Below, one piece after another: positions 55,305 to 64,000 of a stretch of 64,000 nt of DNA. Where the stretch lies: contig CAVZZA010000003.1 of NCBI GenBank assembly GCA_963779615.1, forward strand, positions 704,001 to 768,000, given 5' to 3'. The position numbers and the translations under genes were made by a program. Numbering within the stretch: position 1 is the first letter of the stretch; every line of letters starts with the position of its first letter. The DNA comes from an uncultured Nitrososphaeraceae archaeon. Its GTDB lineage: Archaea > Thermoproteota > Nitrososphaeria > Nitrososphaerales > Nitrososphaeraceae. A model generated the notes under the pieces. That model saw only the letters and a list, made by a program, of their open reading frames with translations. It was not told where the DNA came from and searched no databases.

Positions 55305-55808
55305 CTAAGCGTTTGCGTTACTTGCTTCAACGACCGGATTTAGATGGACCAAAATTTCCAGCTCTTCCTCCTTCTTTACCAAATAACCTGGCAGATTCAC
55401 CTTCCTATTGCCAATACTTACATGACCATGAACAACCATTTGTCTTGCCTGATAAGGAGACTTTAGGTTGGAACGTTTCATTACCATCGTTTGCAAACGC
55501 CTTTCCAAAATATCTTCGATTTTAAGATTAAGGATGTCATCCAATGTCGAACTTGTTGTTACAAGACCAAGCCTGGATAAAAAGTGGAGTAGATTAGTTT
55601 CTTTTTCATGTCTTGTTTCTGTTGGAAGTGCCAAAAGAGCTCTTGCCTGATTTCTAATCCTAGCAATTTCAGTTTGAGCCTTCCACAATTCCTTTTTATT
55701 TCTTAAACCATAAGATCCCACTACATACAATTCAGAACTGATTTGATCGCTTGTCCATATGCTTCTGGGTCGGATATATTTTTTTTTGGCTTTCCTTGGA
55801 TCCCCCAT
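55305..55808 (-). CDS. rps4: 30S ribosomal protein S4 (archaeal)
   Basis: MGDPRK, YGLRNKKELW, ERRLQT, QARQ.VVHGH. Confidence 0.97.
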   Translation of the reverse strand: MGDPRKAKKKYIRPRSIWTSDQISSELYVVGSYGLRNKKELWKAQTEIARIRNQARALLALPTETRHEKETNLLHFLSRLGLVTTSSTLDDILNLKIEDILERRLQTMVMKRSNLKSPYQARQMVVHGHVSIGNRKVNLPGYLVKKEEELEILVHLNPVVEASNANA

Positions 55809-55822
55809 TCATATCACCTCTA

Positions 55823-56308
55823 TTATTTAGAGGGTGACCCTGAAGCCGCGGGGGCCCTCCCTGAAACTTTCTTTACCCCGACAGAGGTTGCGGTTCTACC
55901 AGTATTTCGAGTTCTTTGACCCCTAACCCTTAGCCCAAACATATGTCTGTAACCTCTCCAACTCATTATAGACTTTTCTCGGTCTATATCGTTAGATTTG
56001 GTGAAATCCAAATCAGATGTGATAAGATGGACATCAGTGCCAGTATCCATATCTTTTCTTCGGTTAAGATACCAATTTGGAACGCCTATTGAATTGATAT
56101 TTTTAAGAGCATTTTCAACATCAGAAATATCTTTATCAGTGAGAAATCCAACCCGCAGGTAAGGATTAATATTCAAAGACTGCAAAATAACTTGGGCTAA
56201 ATTGTAACCTACGCCCTTTACCTCACTTAAAGCTACTATTGATTTTTTACTGCCTTCAACATCTTTTCCGGCAATCCTCAATATGTGTTTAAAATCTTCT
56301 AGCGACAA
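55823..56308 (-). CDS. rps13: 30S ribosomal protein S13 (archaeal)
   Basis: RIAG.DV.G, PNWYLNRRKD, SWRGYRH..GL.VRGQRTR. Confidence 0.97.
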   Translation of the reverse strand: MSLEDFKHILRIAGKDVEGSKKSIVALSEVKGVGYNLAQVILQSLNINPYLRVGFLTDKDISDVENALKNINSIGVPNWYLNRRKDMDTGTDVHLITSDLDFTKSNDIDREKSIMSWRGYRHMFGLRVRGQRTRNTGRTATSVGVKKVSGRAPAASGSPSK

Positions 56309-56547
56309 TTTACTATACTATCAGAAAATTATTTTCCTCAATAAAAACTATGCTTTAATCGACAATGATAGAATAGAATACCCAAATATATTGTATGGAA
56401 TAATCTTATGTTATTAAAAATCGATTGGCACCCTTTTCCAATTCTTTTATGATTTTAATGTAAATATTAAAATATTTACATTAATAAAAACGATTCCAGT
56501 CAAAATAAATTATATATTCAAGAACTTGTATAATATATTAAGCAAAG

Positions 56548-56655
56548 ATGAAAAAAGAGCAAGAGTTGATGAAACCGAAATTGTTAAAAAATAAAGAAGA
56601 ACAAGAATGGGAAAATTATCAAAAAGAGTTAGAACTTGCAATAGAAAATCATTAA
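56548..56655 (+). CDS. Possible 35-aa charged helical microprotein
   Basis: MKKEQELMKPKLLKNKEEQEWENYQKELELAIENH*; purine-rich coding-like composition, TTATATAT upstream. Confidence 0.4.
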   Translation: MKKEQELMKPKLLKNKEEQEWENYQKELELAIENH

Positions 56656-56786
56656 AACATTTGTTTAAAGAAGATGTTATCTATGCAAAAGTGCATTTGC
56701 AAGGTAAAAAAGGAGAGCATAAGCCATTGTGCATATTTTAAATAAAAAAAATATTAATAAGTCACTAGCGATATATATCATATAAA

Positions 56787-57326
56787 ATGATTTCTGATTG
56801 GTTTTCTAGGGTCGGAAGTGCCATTCCCAGAGGTTTCTCACGTCATTACATTCTAGAACTTTTATCAGAACAGCCCATGACAGGCAAGGAAATAATTGAC
56901 AAAGCCATAGTTCAAACCGGAGGAAAATGGAAACCATCTCCCGGTTTAATATATCCGCTATTGGGGAGATTACTGGAAGGGGGATTTATAGAAGAGCATG
57001 ACAATGGAAGGTATAGAATTACAAATAAAGGAATATCAATAGCATCAGACATAAAAGCCGCCAACAATATAATACAAAAGCATCTTGATGTGGTGTTTCG
57101 GATTGGAAATATGGGAAGATTCATGACGATGGACCTGCTTGACAGGATATCTGCAATTGGTTCGACTCTCAGTTCCAATTTAGACAGAATGACTGAAGAA
57201 GAAAAAAACAAGTATAAGGAATTTTTGGTAAACGAGCTTAACAAATTGAGTAAACAAGACAAACTGCAGATACAAGACAAACTGCAGATACAAGACAAAA
57301 CGATAGACGAAAATAACATACTATAG
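56787..57326 (+). CDS. PadR family transcriptional regulator
   Basis: PRGFSRHYILELL..PM.G.EI, W.PSPGLIYPLL..L..G.I, YRIT.KG. Confidence 0.9.
   Translation: MISDWFSRVGSAIPRGFSRHYILELLSEQPMTGKEIIDKAIVQTGGKWKPSPGLIYPLLGRLLEGGFIEEHDNGRYRITNKGISIASDIKAANNIIQKHLDVVFRIGNMGRFMTMDLLDRISAIGSTLSSNLDRMTEEEKNKYKEFLVNELNKLSKQDKLQIQDKLQIQDKTIDENNIL
57254..57299 (+). repeat. 18-bp in-frame tandem repeat (2.5 copies) in the PadR tail
   Basis: ACAAGACAAACTGCAGAT x2 + ACAAGACAAA encoding QDKLQI QDKLQI QDK. Confidence 0.85.
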
Positions 57327-57332
57327 AAAGGT

Positions 57333-57820
57333 ATGAACAATAGGGATATTTTAAAAAAAGGAGCAGATTACCTGTTAAAAGGCGGAACATTATTATCAGA
57401 ATCTTGTCAAACTTGCAATGGCTTGTTAATCAAGTACAAAGGTGACATAATGTGCCTGAATTGTCAAAATCAGAATTTAAACAATCACGAGCTAAAAAAA
57501 GTAAACGAACATCGCCAACATCGCCAACATCGCCAACATCGCCAACATCGCCAACATCAGCGTTATCCGATAAAATCCGTCAAGAAAATAAAAAAGAATT
57601 GATCCAAATGTCCCCAGAAAAAGACAACCTAGGCAAAGTTCATGCAATAAAAGAAACTGAAAACTATGAAAACCTACTGGCACAGATCGAAAAAACAATC
57701 ATCAAAAGAACAACTGATATCGATAAATCAATCCACAATGAAAACGATAGCAATAAACAGATATATAATTTGAAAATTCTTCTTCTTTACCTAAAAATAC
57801 TAAAGAAAATAAGAAAGTAG
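57333..57820 (+). CDS. UPF0148 / autoantigen-p27-like zinc-ribbon protein, split by a -1 frameshift
   Basis: N-part GADYLLKGGTLLSESCQTC..LI...GDIMCLNC (57333 frame); helical C-part ..LLAQIEKTII..LKILLLYLKILKKIRK in the -1 frame ending 57820. Confidence 0.75.
57508..57558 (+). repeat. 9-bp tandem repeat (AACATCGCC) x5.7
   Basis: Directly visible; encodes (TSP)n in the -1 frame or (HRQ)n in the 0 frame. Confidence 0.95.
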
Positions 57821-57857
57821 AACAAACAAAAAGAAAATATGGAAAAATTAAGCAACA

Positions 57858-58850
57858 TTAACTATACATTGTTGTTCCCTTGGTATTGACTGACTGCGAG
57901 TTTTGCTGTCCCATAACGGTTTTAATCATTTCTTCAAACTGTTTTTTTATAACCTTTCCTTTATTTTTCAAGTCTTCAACATTAATATTCAATTGATTGT
58001 CACGCAATTCGTTTATCGTTTCAATCAAGATTGACGCTGCTTCTGGATCAGGAATGCTTGCGGTAGCGTGTATTATTATGCCTTTGCAAGCAATCCCGTT
58101 TGACAGGCATGATGTTAACAATCCACCCGAGACACCAGAAATTATTGCAGTGTAACCACTTTCAGGCCGTTCATAGTGTTTTTTCTCTCCAACATCATGC
58201 AAAGGGTCAGACAACGATGATGACGATACTCCTTCTTTGTAATAGTTCATGTCATTGACCCTATATGCAGAGTCATTATCACCACCTTTCTTCTTCTGCT
58301 TTTCACCATTGACCAGGTCAGAGCTGAATGTGGAATCCACTGTTTTTCCATTATGTGACAATACCAAAGACTTTCTATCAGGAGGAGGGATACCCTCCAT
58401 GGGAATGCCATCCAATACAATAATCTCACTGACCCCAAATTTTTTTGCCCACTGAATAACGACATTGAAAACAGAATAGATACCCAAACCAGATATAGGA
58501 ATTTCGCAAATCAATACACAAAGGTTTCCACCGTCATCAGCATAAAGTCGGAATGGATGCCTCAATGTTCCACCAATAAAAATAACTCCAGGCATAATGT
58601 ACTCAGATTCGACATAAGCAATTTGATGCAAATTCAATTTTTGAATTATATAATTTGCAGAGATTGAACCAACCAATCCGGGCCCAGGAAAACCTGCAAT
58701 CAACAAAGGCTTTTTCAATTTTGCGGATTTTTGTTGAAATTTCTTTTGCTCTTTGGGTAAAGGAGTTACCCTTGTTTTTCCGTCTGAAATTCCGTTATCT
58801 TTTAACCTTATTCCTGTTTTTTTATTGCCCTTTTTTCGAGGAACTGCCAT
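57858..58850 (-). CDS. PAC2-family proteasome assembly chaperone
   Basis: LIAGFPGPGLVGSI, HPFRLY, IIVLDG, SGVSGGLL, PDPEAA. Confidence 0.88.
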   Translation of the reverse strand: MAVPRKKGNKKTGIRLKDNGISDGKTRVTPLPKEQKKFQQKSAKLKKPLLIAGFPGPGLVGSISANYIIQKLNLHQIAYVESEYIMPGVIFIGGTLRHPFRLYADDGGNLCVLICEIPISGLGIYSVFNVVIQWAKKFGVSEIIVLDGIPMEGIPPPDRKSLVLSHNGKTVDSTFSSDLVNGEKQKKKGGDNDSAYRVNDMNYYKEGVSSSSLSDPLHDVGEKKHYERPESGYTAIISGVSGGLLTSCLSNGIACKGIIIHATASIPDPEAASILIETINELRDNQLNINVEDLKNKGKVIKKQFEEMIKTVMGQQNSQSVNTKGTTMYS

Positions 58851-59013
58851 CTACACTAAACATATAAAACCATGTTAAAAAAATATTGCAATCATCACAA
58901 CACATTAAAAAAAATTAGCGGAATACAATGGTCTCGAGTGTAAAAAAACACTAACTACCTTTTTTATAGTTCATTATTTATAATCACAGTATTGTTGGAG
59001 ATAGCATTGGGAA

Positions 59014-59418
59014 ATGATTAACTTAAACTATGCTTTACTGGGCAATATCAAAGACGACTCATTATTAGATAGAAGTGGTAAATCACAATTTGTTTTAATG
59101 GGATAATTATCTCATCGAACCCCAGAATTTTACAGATGGCGCAGTGAAACATCAAAAAGCATTATAAAAGAAAAAGTATTCTCATTTGTGGCAGTAGAAG
59201 GAGACTGGCCGGATTGCTTTCAGGTAAATAAATATGTAGAGGGATTGTCCGATAATGGTCAAAGTTCTTACAAAGCTCTCCATTCTTTTAATAGACACCC
59301 TATATGGATGCGGGCAAATAAAGAAATGGTTGACATGTTGAATGGCTTAAGCTATGCAATCACAGTGTTTATACAGATAAACAGAATAAGGTTTGATTCC
59401 ATTGGACAGGCTGATTGA
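59014..59418 (+). pseudogene. Erythromycin-esterase family gene remnant
   Basis: FVLMG*LSHRTPEFYRWRSE...FSFVAVEGDWPDC..VN.YV..F.R.P.WM.AN; TAA at 59104-59106 replaces the Glu of GEASHG; truncated. Confidence 0.8.
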
Positions 59419-59840
59419 TTTCGCAGGTCAATAAAGACGGAAAAGATAAACATCATAACTGAACGGCTTAAACAATCATGCAGAAATAAAAGAAATGCTG
59501 GCAAAGGAGTTTCATCCAAAATACTGCATTTGAATCAAAAAGAACGATAGTAGCTTATCAATTCTATAACCAACTACAAAACGAATGATAAAACAAAGCC
59601 AAATCGTAGTGTATTATTTACCCTTATTTTTCAATTTAATTTTTTATCAATCCGGGCAGTTAACACCCTATGCCCCTTCTCTGCGATTGGAACAGCAAAG
59701 AGAACACTTGCCAGTAGAACCGGTTGGGCAATAACCCACATAGAAATTACAACAATTTTTTTGTAATTTCCGTGTTCATTAGCCTTTTGATCTGTTGCAT
59801 CCATCCCGTTTGAAATCGAGTGAATGTCTAAAGCATGTCA

Positions 59841-60983
59841 TTAATTTCCTTTCATTAATGTCCTAACAACATCTCTGAACTCGCTATCACTAAGTGGGGG
59901 AACGTTTGCAATCTTGAGGTTTTGTTCAACGTGTTCTGGTTTCTTGTATCCTATAAGTGGGGCAGTAACAGAAGGACTTGAACGTATCACCTGAACCAAT
60001 TTTGCCACCTGATCATTTAATCCCATATAGTCTGGAATTTTAGCTCCAAGTAATCGGCCTTGAAACAAGGGGATACTTGTAAACACTTTTATATTTAATC
60101 TCTCGGCAGCCTCCAATAAAGTTAGATTTTTTTCTGATCTGACGCTTTGGTTTTTTAGTAACAATGCCTCACTATAAGATAAGTTGTAAGGAAGTTGAAT
60201 AAACCTAAATCCATGTTGTACTCCACCAACTTTTTCAGCGAGATTGTCAACTTCTTCCAATGACAGATACTCATTACTATTAGGCGGTACCCTAAAACAG
60301 GTCCATGTTGCCATTCCATAATAACAAATCTTTTTATTTGCTCTGTATTTTTCATAAACTTCAAACACTTTTGAAAGCATTTCCATAAATTGTTGACTGC
60401 TAACATCATTATGCCAACTCTCAAAGGCATTGTGTATGTACACCAAGTCGATAGTACTAAGATGCATATTCATAAGTGACTTGTCAATGCATCTTGCAAT
60501 GTAGTTAGGGTTAAGAACATTATAGCCCGAACTTATGTCATTTAAATCAATAAGACCAGTTGAAACGAACATGTTTTGCATGTATTCCATAACGTCTACG
60601 CCAGGATAATCACCATCATTTGTAATGTACCCGTTCTTTGTACAGATAAACACTTCATCCCTTGATATAATGCCATCTTTTATCAGACGGGTTAATGCCC
60701 GGCCGATACTTTTCTCTGATTTCATGGCACGATAATTGATAGATGTGTCTATTACATTTACAGCCCCAGACTTGATTGACTCATAAATCGCATTTTCCAT
60801 ATCCTTGTCGTCCTCTGTGTTTGGTTGGCCAAGATAAGTGCCCATGCCAATGCTTGATAAATACATCCCATCAAAAAGACGAAAGTGACTAGGCGGCTTT
60901 CCTTTTTGGATTGCATACTCCACATATTTTTTAGTTCCGCTAGGAGTTGAATATCCATTTAGTGTTTCATACATATAAGACAA
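59841..60983 (-). CDS. Aldo/keto reductase
   Basis: SIGMGTYLG, IDTSINYR, TKNGY, IDLVYIHN, YGMATW, IQLPYN, PLFQG. Confidence 0.92.
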   Translation of the reverse strand: MSYMYETLNGYSTPSGTKKYVEYAIQKGKPPSHFRLFDGMYLSSIGMGTYLGQPNTEDDKDMENAIYESIKSGAVNVIDTSINYRAMKSEKSIGRALTRLIKDGIISRDEVFICTKNGYITNDGDYPGVDVMEYMQNMFVSTGLIDLNDISSGYNVLNPNYIARCIDKSLMNMHLSTIDLVYIHNAFESWHNDVSSQQFMEMLSKVFEVYEKYRANKKICYYGMATWTCFRVPPNSNEYLSLEEVDNLAEKVGGVQHGFRFIQLPYNLSYSEALLLKNQSVRSEKNLTLLEAAERLNIKVFTSIPLFQGRLLGAKIPDYMGLNDQVAKLVQVIRSSPSVTAPLIGYKKPEHVEQNLKIANVPPLSDSEFRDVVRTLMKGN

Positions 60984-61108
60984 CTATAAACCGCTTTATT
61001 GTGTATCTGAAATTAATATGTTTAATATGGTAAATCCACATTAACGTATGTATTAGCTGAAAGCCATAAACAACTATTCCTTTGATCCTACAAGGTATTC
61101 GGGGTTCA

Positions 61109-61139
61109 GATTGTCAAATTACGGTAGATTTTGACAATC
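61109..61139. promoter_or_regulatory. Perfect 10-bp inverted repeat between divergent AKR and nitroreductase genes (possible operator or hairpin)
   Basis: GATTGTCAAA-N11-TTTGACAATC. Confidence 0.35.
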
Positions 61140-61337
61140 CCAAACACATATCATTTTATACAATAGTGATGAAATCAAATAAGGATGATTAGCATCATAT
61201 CGCCCCACACATTTTTTTATATCCGTCAAAGGTTCTTGTTCAAACACAAATATGATAATAACAAATGTAGTGTAACTGTGTCCTTTTAGTTTATTTTTAT
61301 AATCTTTTTCTATTACCCGTTTAAATGTTTAATTGTA

Positions 61338-61973
61338 TTGGATGAAGATAAAAAAATCCTGGAAAGGATGTATCCTTCAGATATACTTCCAAAAGTTTAC
61401 CCAAAAGAGGTGATAGAGCCAACAACTGGTGATGTTGGCTATGACGAGGTTGACGAAATCCTAAACAGCAATATTTTCAGTGTGATGCTTAATAGGCGTT
61501 CCCAAAGGAGGTTTGAGGATAGGGAAATAGAAACATGGAAGGTTGAAATAATTTATGCCGCAGCGGATACAGCTCCCACCGCAGGGGGTTTTCAGGGATT
61601 TGAAATATTCAACATTACAAAAGAGGAAACCAAGGAGAAATTGGTAATGGCAGCAAACAATCAGCCATATGTTAATGCACCCTTGGTAATTGTTTTTTGC
61701 TCTAATCCCAATAGAATCAAAATGAAGTTTTCTAATCACATCTTGCAGAAATTCTCATTACAGGATGCGACCCTTGCCGCAGGTTACGCCCAGATGGCAG
61801 CCCATGCCTTGGGATTAAGCTCTATATGGATAGGCATGTTTGATGAAAAATCAGTCAAAGGCATAATTAACACAGATCTCCAACCTTCATCAATACTGTG
61901 CATTGGATACCCCAAAAAAATGTTGTTACCAAAACCAAAGAGAAAACTGACAGATTTGATTCACAATGTTTAA
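61338..61973 (+). CDS. Nitroreductase family protein
   Basis: RRSQRRF, A..APTAGGFQ, NQP....AP, AAHALGLSSIWIG.F, IGYP. Confidence 0.92.
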   Translation: MDEDKKILERMYPSDILPKVYPKEVIEPTTGDVGYDEVDEILNSNIFSVMLNRRSQRRFEDREIETWKVEIIYAAADTAPTAGGFQGFEIFNITKEETKEKLVMAANNQPYVNAPLVIVFCSNPNRIKMKFSNHILQKFSLQDATLAAGYAQMAAHALGLSSIWIGMFDEKSVKGIINTDLQPSSILCIGYPKKMLLPKPKRKLTDLIHNV

Positions 61974-62311
61974 CCCGAATGAAACCATAACTAATTAATG
62001 GATATCCAACAAAAGAAATAAAAATTTTTTTTTGATCTCAAACTCTAGATTACACCCATTCACCATACAAATGATAAGCCACTACAGATGTTATTAACAT
62101 AAAAACATACATACCTGAACGGTTTTCAACATTCAAAATTGATATGCGATAACAAAAGAAAGACTAAACTGAAACTGAATCATAAAACACAAGTCAAGAA
62201 AATTCCCGTTTAGACACTAATTGATTAATTTAAACTAATGGATTAATTTACATCCTAATTATTGAAATCACAAGAAATAACATGTAACGTAATATTGTAA
62301 CATTTTCTCAG

Positions 62312-62500
62312 TTACAAATTATGAATTTCCTTTTCGTGTTTATCTCTTTCTTCATTATCGTTAAACTGTCTTCTGCAGAATATACACTGGCCAGGCAAAG
62401 GAAATAGGAGCAATCCCCTGTCATTTCTCTCCTTCCAACCCTTATGCACATCTTTTAGTCTCAAGTTTTCATCTAATACCTCCTCTTTTTTATTTGTCAT
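62312..62500 (-). CDS. Small C2H2-type zinc finger protein
   Basis: MTNKKEE...QCIFCRRQFNDNEERDKHEKEIH (C-x2-C-x3-F-x8-H-x4-H); start ATG 62500. Confidence 0.7.
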   Translation of the reverse strand: MTNKKEEVLDENLRLKDVHKGWKERNDRGLLLFPLPGQCIFCRRQFNDNEERDKHEKEIHNL

Positions 62501-62622
62501 ACAACAATGTATAATCAACTTTTAATATAATTTATCTACCCAAAGGCAGGAAAAGGATTTTAATGACATTTATATGGATTATGCATTGTTAGACCAGAAG
62601 AATAGAAAGTTAAGGTACAAAT

Positions 62623-63474
62623 CTATTGAAAGATATTAAACAGCATGAAACCTAACAGAAAGCCAAAAGTTGTAGCTATGCCATTATAGAAATTTGCTTT
62701 CTTGTATGCCTCAGGTATTAGATCCTCCGTTAGAAAAGCCATCAGTACCCCAGCAGCAAAACCCAAAATAACTGATATTTGAGCATGGGTTAGAGGCTGA
62801 ACCAGATAATAGCCTAACGGAGCAGCAATAGAAACTATTATGAAAACATACATCCAATACTGAAAAATCTTTTTTCTTTTTTCCCTATTGTTTTCAGTCC
62901 CCATCCCTTCGTCATACATCCTCTTTGCCCCTTCAATTGTGGAGCACATGTTGCCTAAAAATAAAGTAATGGCAGCCCCCCACAGATTAGAAAGATTCAA
63001 TGCGATGATCACGCCTAAAAACAAAGACTCTGGAATGCTATCAAGAATGGTTCCGATTAGAATTGCAGATGATGAACTGGTGCTATCCGAGTCTTCAGTT
63101 GAACCATTCAAATCATTATTGGCATTTGCCTTGTTTTTTGCATATTCTTTATTGGCATAAATATTTTGTATCTTCTTTTTCAAATTAAACTTTTTCAAAA
63201 GTATACGATTAAAGAAACTAAACACAACCGCCCCAATAACAAAACCGATACCCATTGTTACAGCATTGCCTTCTTTGGTGGATTCGCTAACCAGAGAGAA
63301 AGAAATCACCGCAAGATATATGCCGCTACCGAAGGCTGCAATATTTGAGCGAAGCTCATCAGGGTATTTTACAGATAAAGCAAAAACCACCCCTAATGGA
63401 AACCCAATTGCTACAATCACCCCCATGCTATAGCTTAAAAGTGCACCAGCTGTAGAGAGATCGATTGAAACCAT
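62623..63474 (-). CDS. ZIP-family (ZupT/GufA-like) metal transporter
   Basis: AFGSG..L...FSLV.E, LDSIPESL.LG, FLGN..S.IEG, GFAAG.LM....LIPEA; multiple TM. Confidence 0.85.
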   Translation of the reverse strand: MVSIDLSTAGALLSYSMGVIVAIGFPLGVVFALSVKYPDELRSNIAAFGSGIYLAVISFSLVSESTKEGNAVTMGIGFVIGAVVFSFFNRILLKKFNLKKKIQNIYANKEYAKNKANANNDLNGSTEDSDSTSSSSAILIGTILDSIPESLFLGVIIALNLSNLWGAAITLFLGNMCSTIEGAKRMYDEGMGTENNREKRKKIFQYWMYVFIIVSIAAPLGYYLVQPLTHAQISVILGFAAGVLMAFLTEDLIPEAYKKANFYNGIATTFGFLLGFMLFNIFQ

Positions 63475-64000
63475 ACATTTCCCTGTTTAAATCAATCTAA
63501 ACTAAAATCCTATTTTTATGTGTATATTTAAATGTGGATTTGGGATACAGTGTATGTACAAAGGCATTTCATTGATCCTTCACCAACAAAAACACAAACG
63601 GAGAGCCAACAGACGAAATTTACAATTATTTTAGAATGAACTTTACTGTTCTTATTTGGACGATAAATAAAGTCAGTCTATCGGATTATAAGATATTTTT
63701 TAGAGAAAAACAAATAACATGCCAAAAACCGACGAGGACAGGTCAGCAAATGCCTTAATTGGTATTTCCATCACCCCGGGTTTTTTGGTTGGCCAGGAAA
63801 TAATCGTAAAAATCAACATGAATGGCCATACAAAATGCCACATGTATTCCACATATAATCTTGAGTGGGTTAGTGCGTATTTGGTTGTGTCTTGATTTGA
63901 AAAGGTCTTTGCATGAGCTTCCACCATTAATTTACCGTACAACAGTAAGGCGAGAAGGAGATTGGTTTATCCAAGTTACCACTACCCAGTACATTTATTT

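Noticed and set aside
55305-56308. rps13-rps4 not followed by rps11-rpoD
   Set aside because: As recalled, this operon is already split in Nitrososphaerota, so it is not novel.
59743-59770. Inverted repeat GAAATTACAA-N8-TTGTAATTTC downstream of the AKR gene
   Set aside because: Very AT-rich and plausible by chance; no supporting context.
63700-63942. 80-aa minus-strand ORF at the window edge
   Set aside because: No recognisable family; in-frame stop shortly upstream; may be a remnant that cannot be judged within this window.

Overview
AT-rich archaeal chromosomal window, most consistent with a soil ammonia-oxidising archaeon of the Nitrososphaeraceae (Nitrosocosmicus-like). This assignment is inferred from the archaeal rps4/rps13, the PAC2 chaperone, a long HisKA kinase with PLD/TrmB-like input domains and short TATA-to-ATG distances. 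The right end (about 48-63 kb) is mostly core: radical SAM protein, rhodanese, GcvH-TusA-like fusion, glmS, rps4/rps13, PadR, PAC2, aldo/keto reductase, nitroreductase and a ZIP transporter. The rest is accessory and eroding. It holds three degenerate IS5-family elements, two MITEs, several pseudogenes (pdaD, erythromycin esterase, cupin, ABM monooxygenase, a YsnF copy) and two TPR genes with DNA-level tandem repeats. It also holds a complete but convergently split HtpX-PspAB / PspA-PspAA envelope-stress locus and an inverted-duplicated PRC-barrel/YsnF(AvaK) cluster. The best leads are: (1) the YsnF cluster, with 49-90 bp near-perfect inverted identity tracts between otherwise diverged paralogues and a MITE in one promoter; (2) a 12 x 102 bp TPR array assembled combinatorially from short cassettes; (3) a GcvH-TusA fusion lacking the lipoyl lysine next to a rhodanese; (4) a zinc-ribbon gene split at a slippery A7 run followed by a 9-bp repeat; (5) Cys/His-rich microproteins missing from the ORF track. 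No tRNA, rRNA, CRISPR array or reverse transcriptase was recognised. All family calls come from motif recognition, not database searches.
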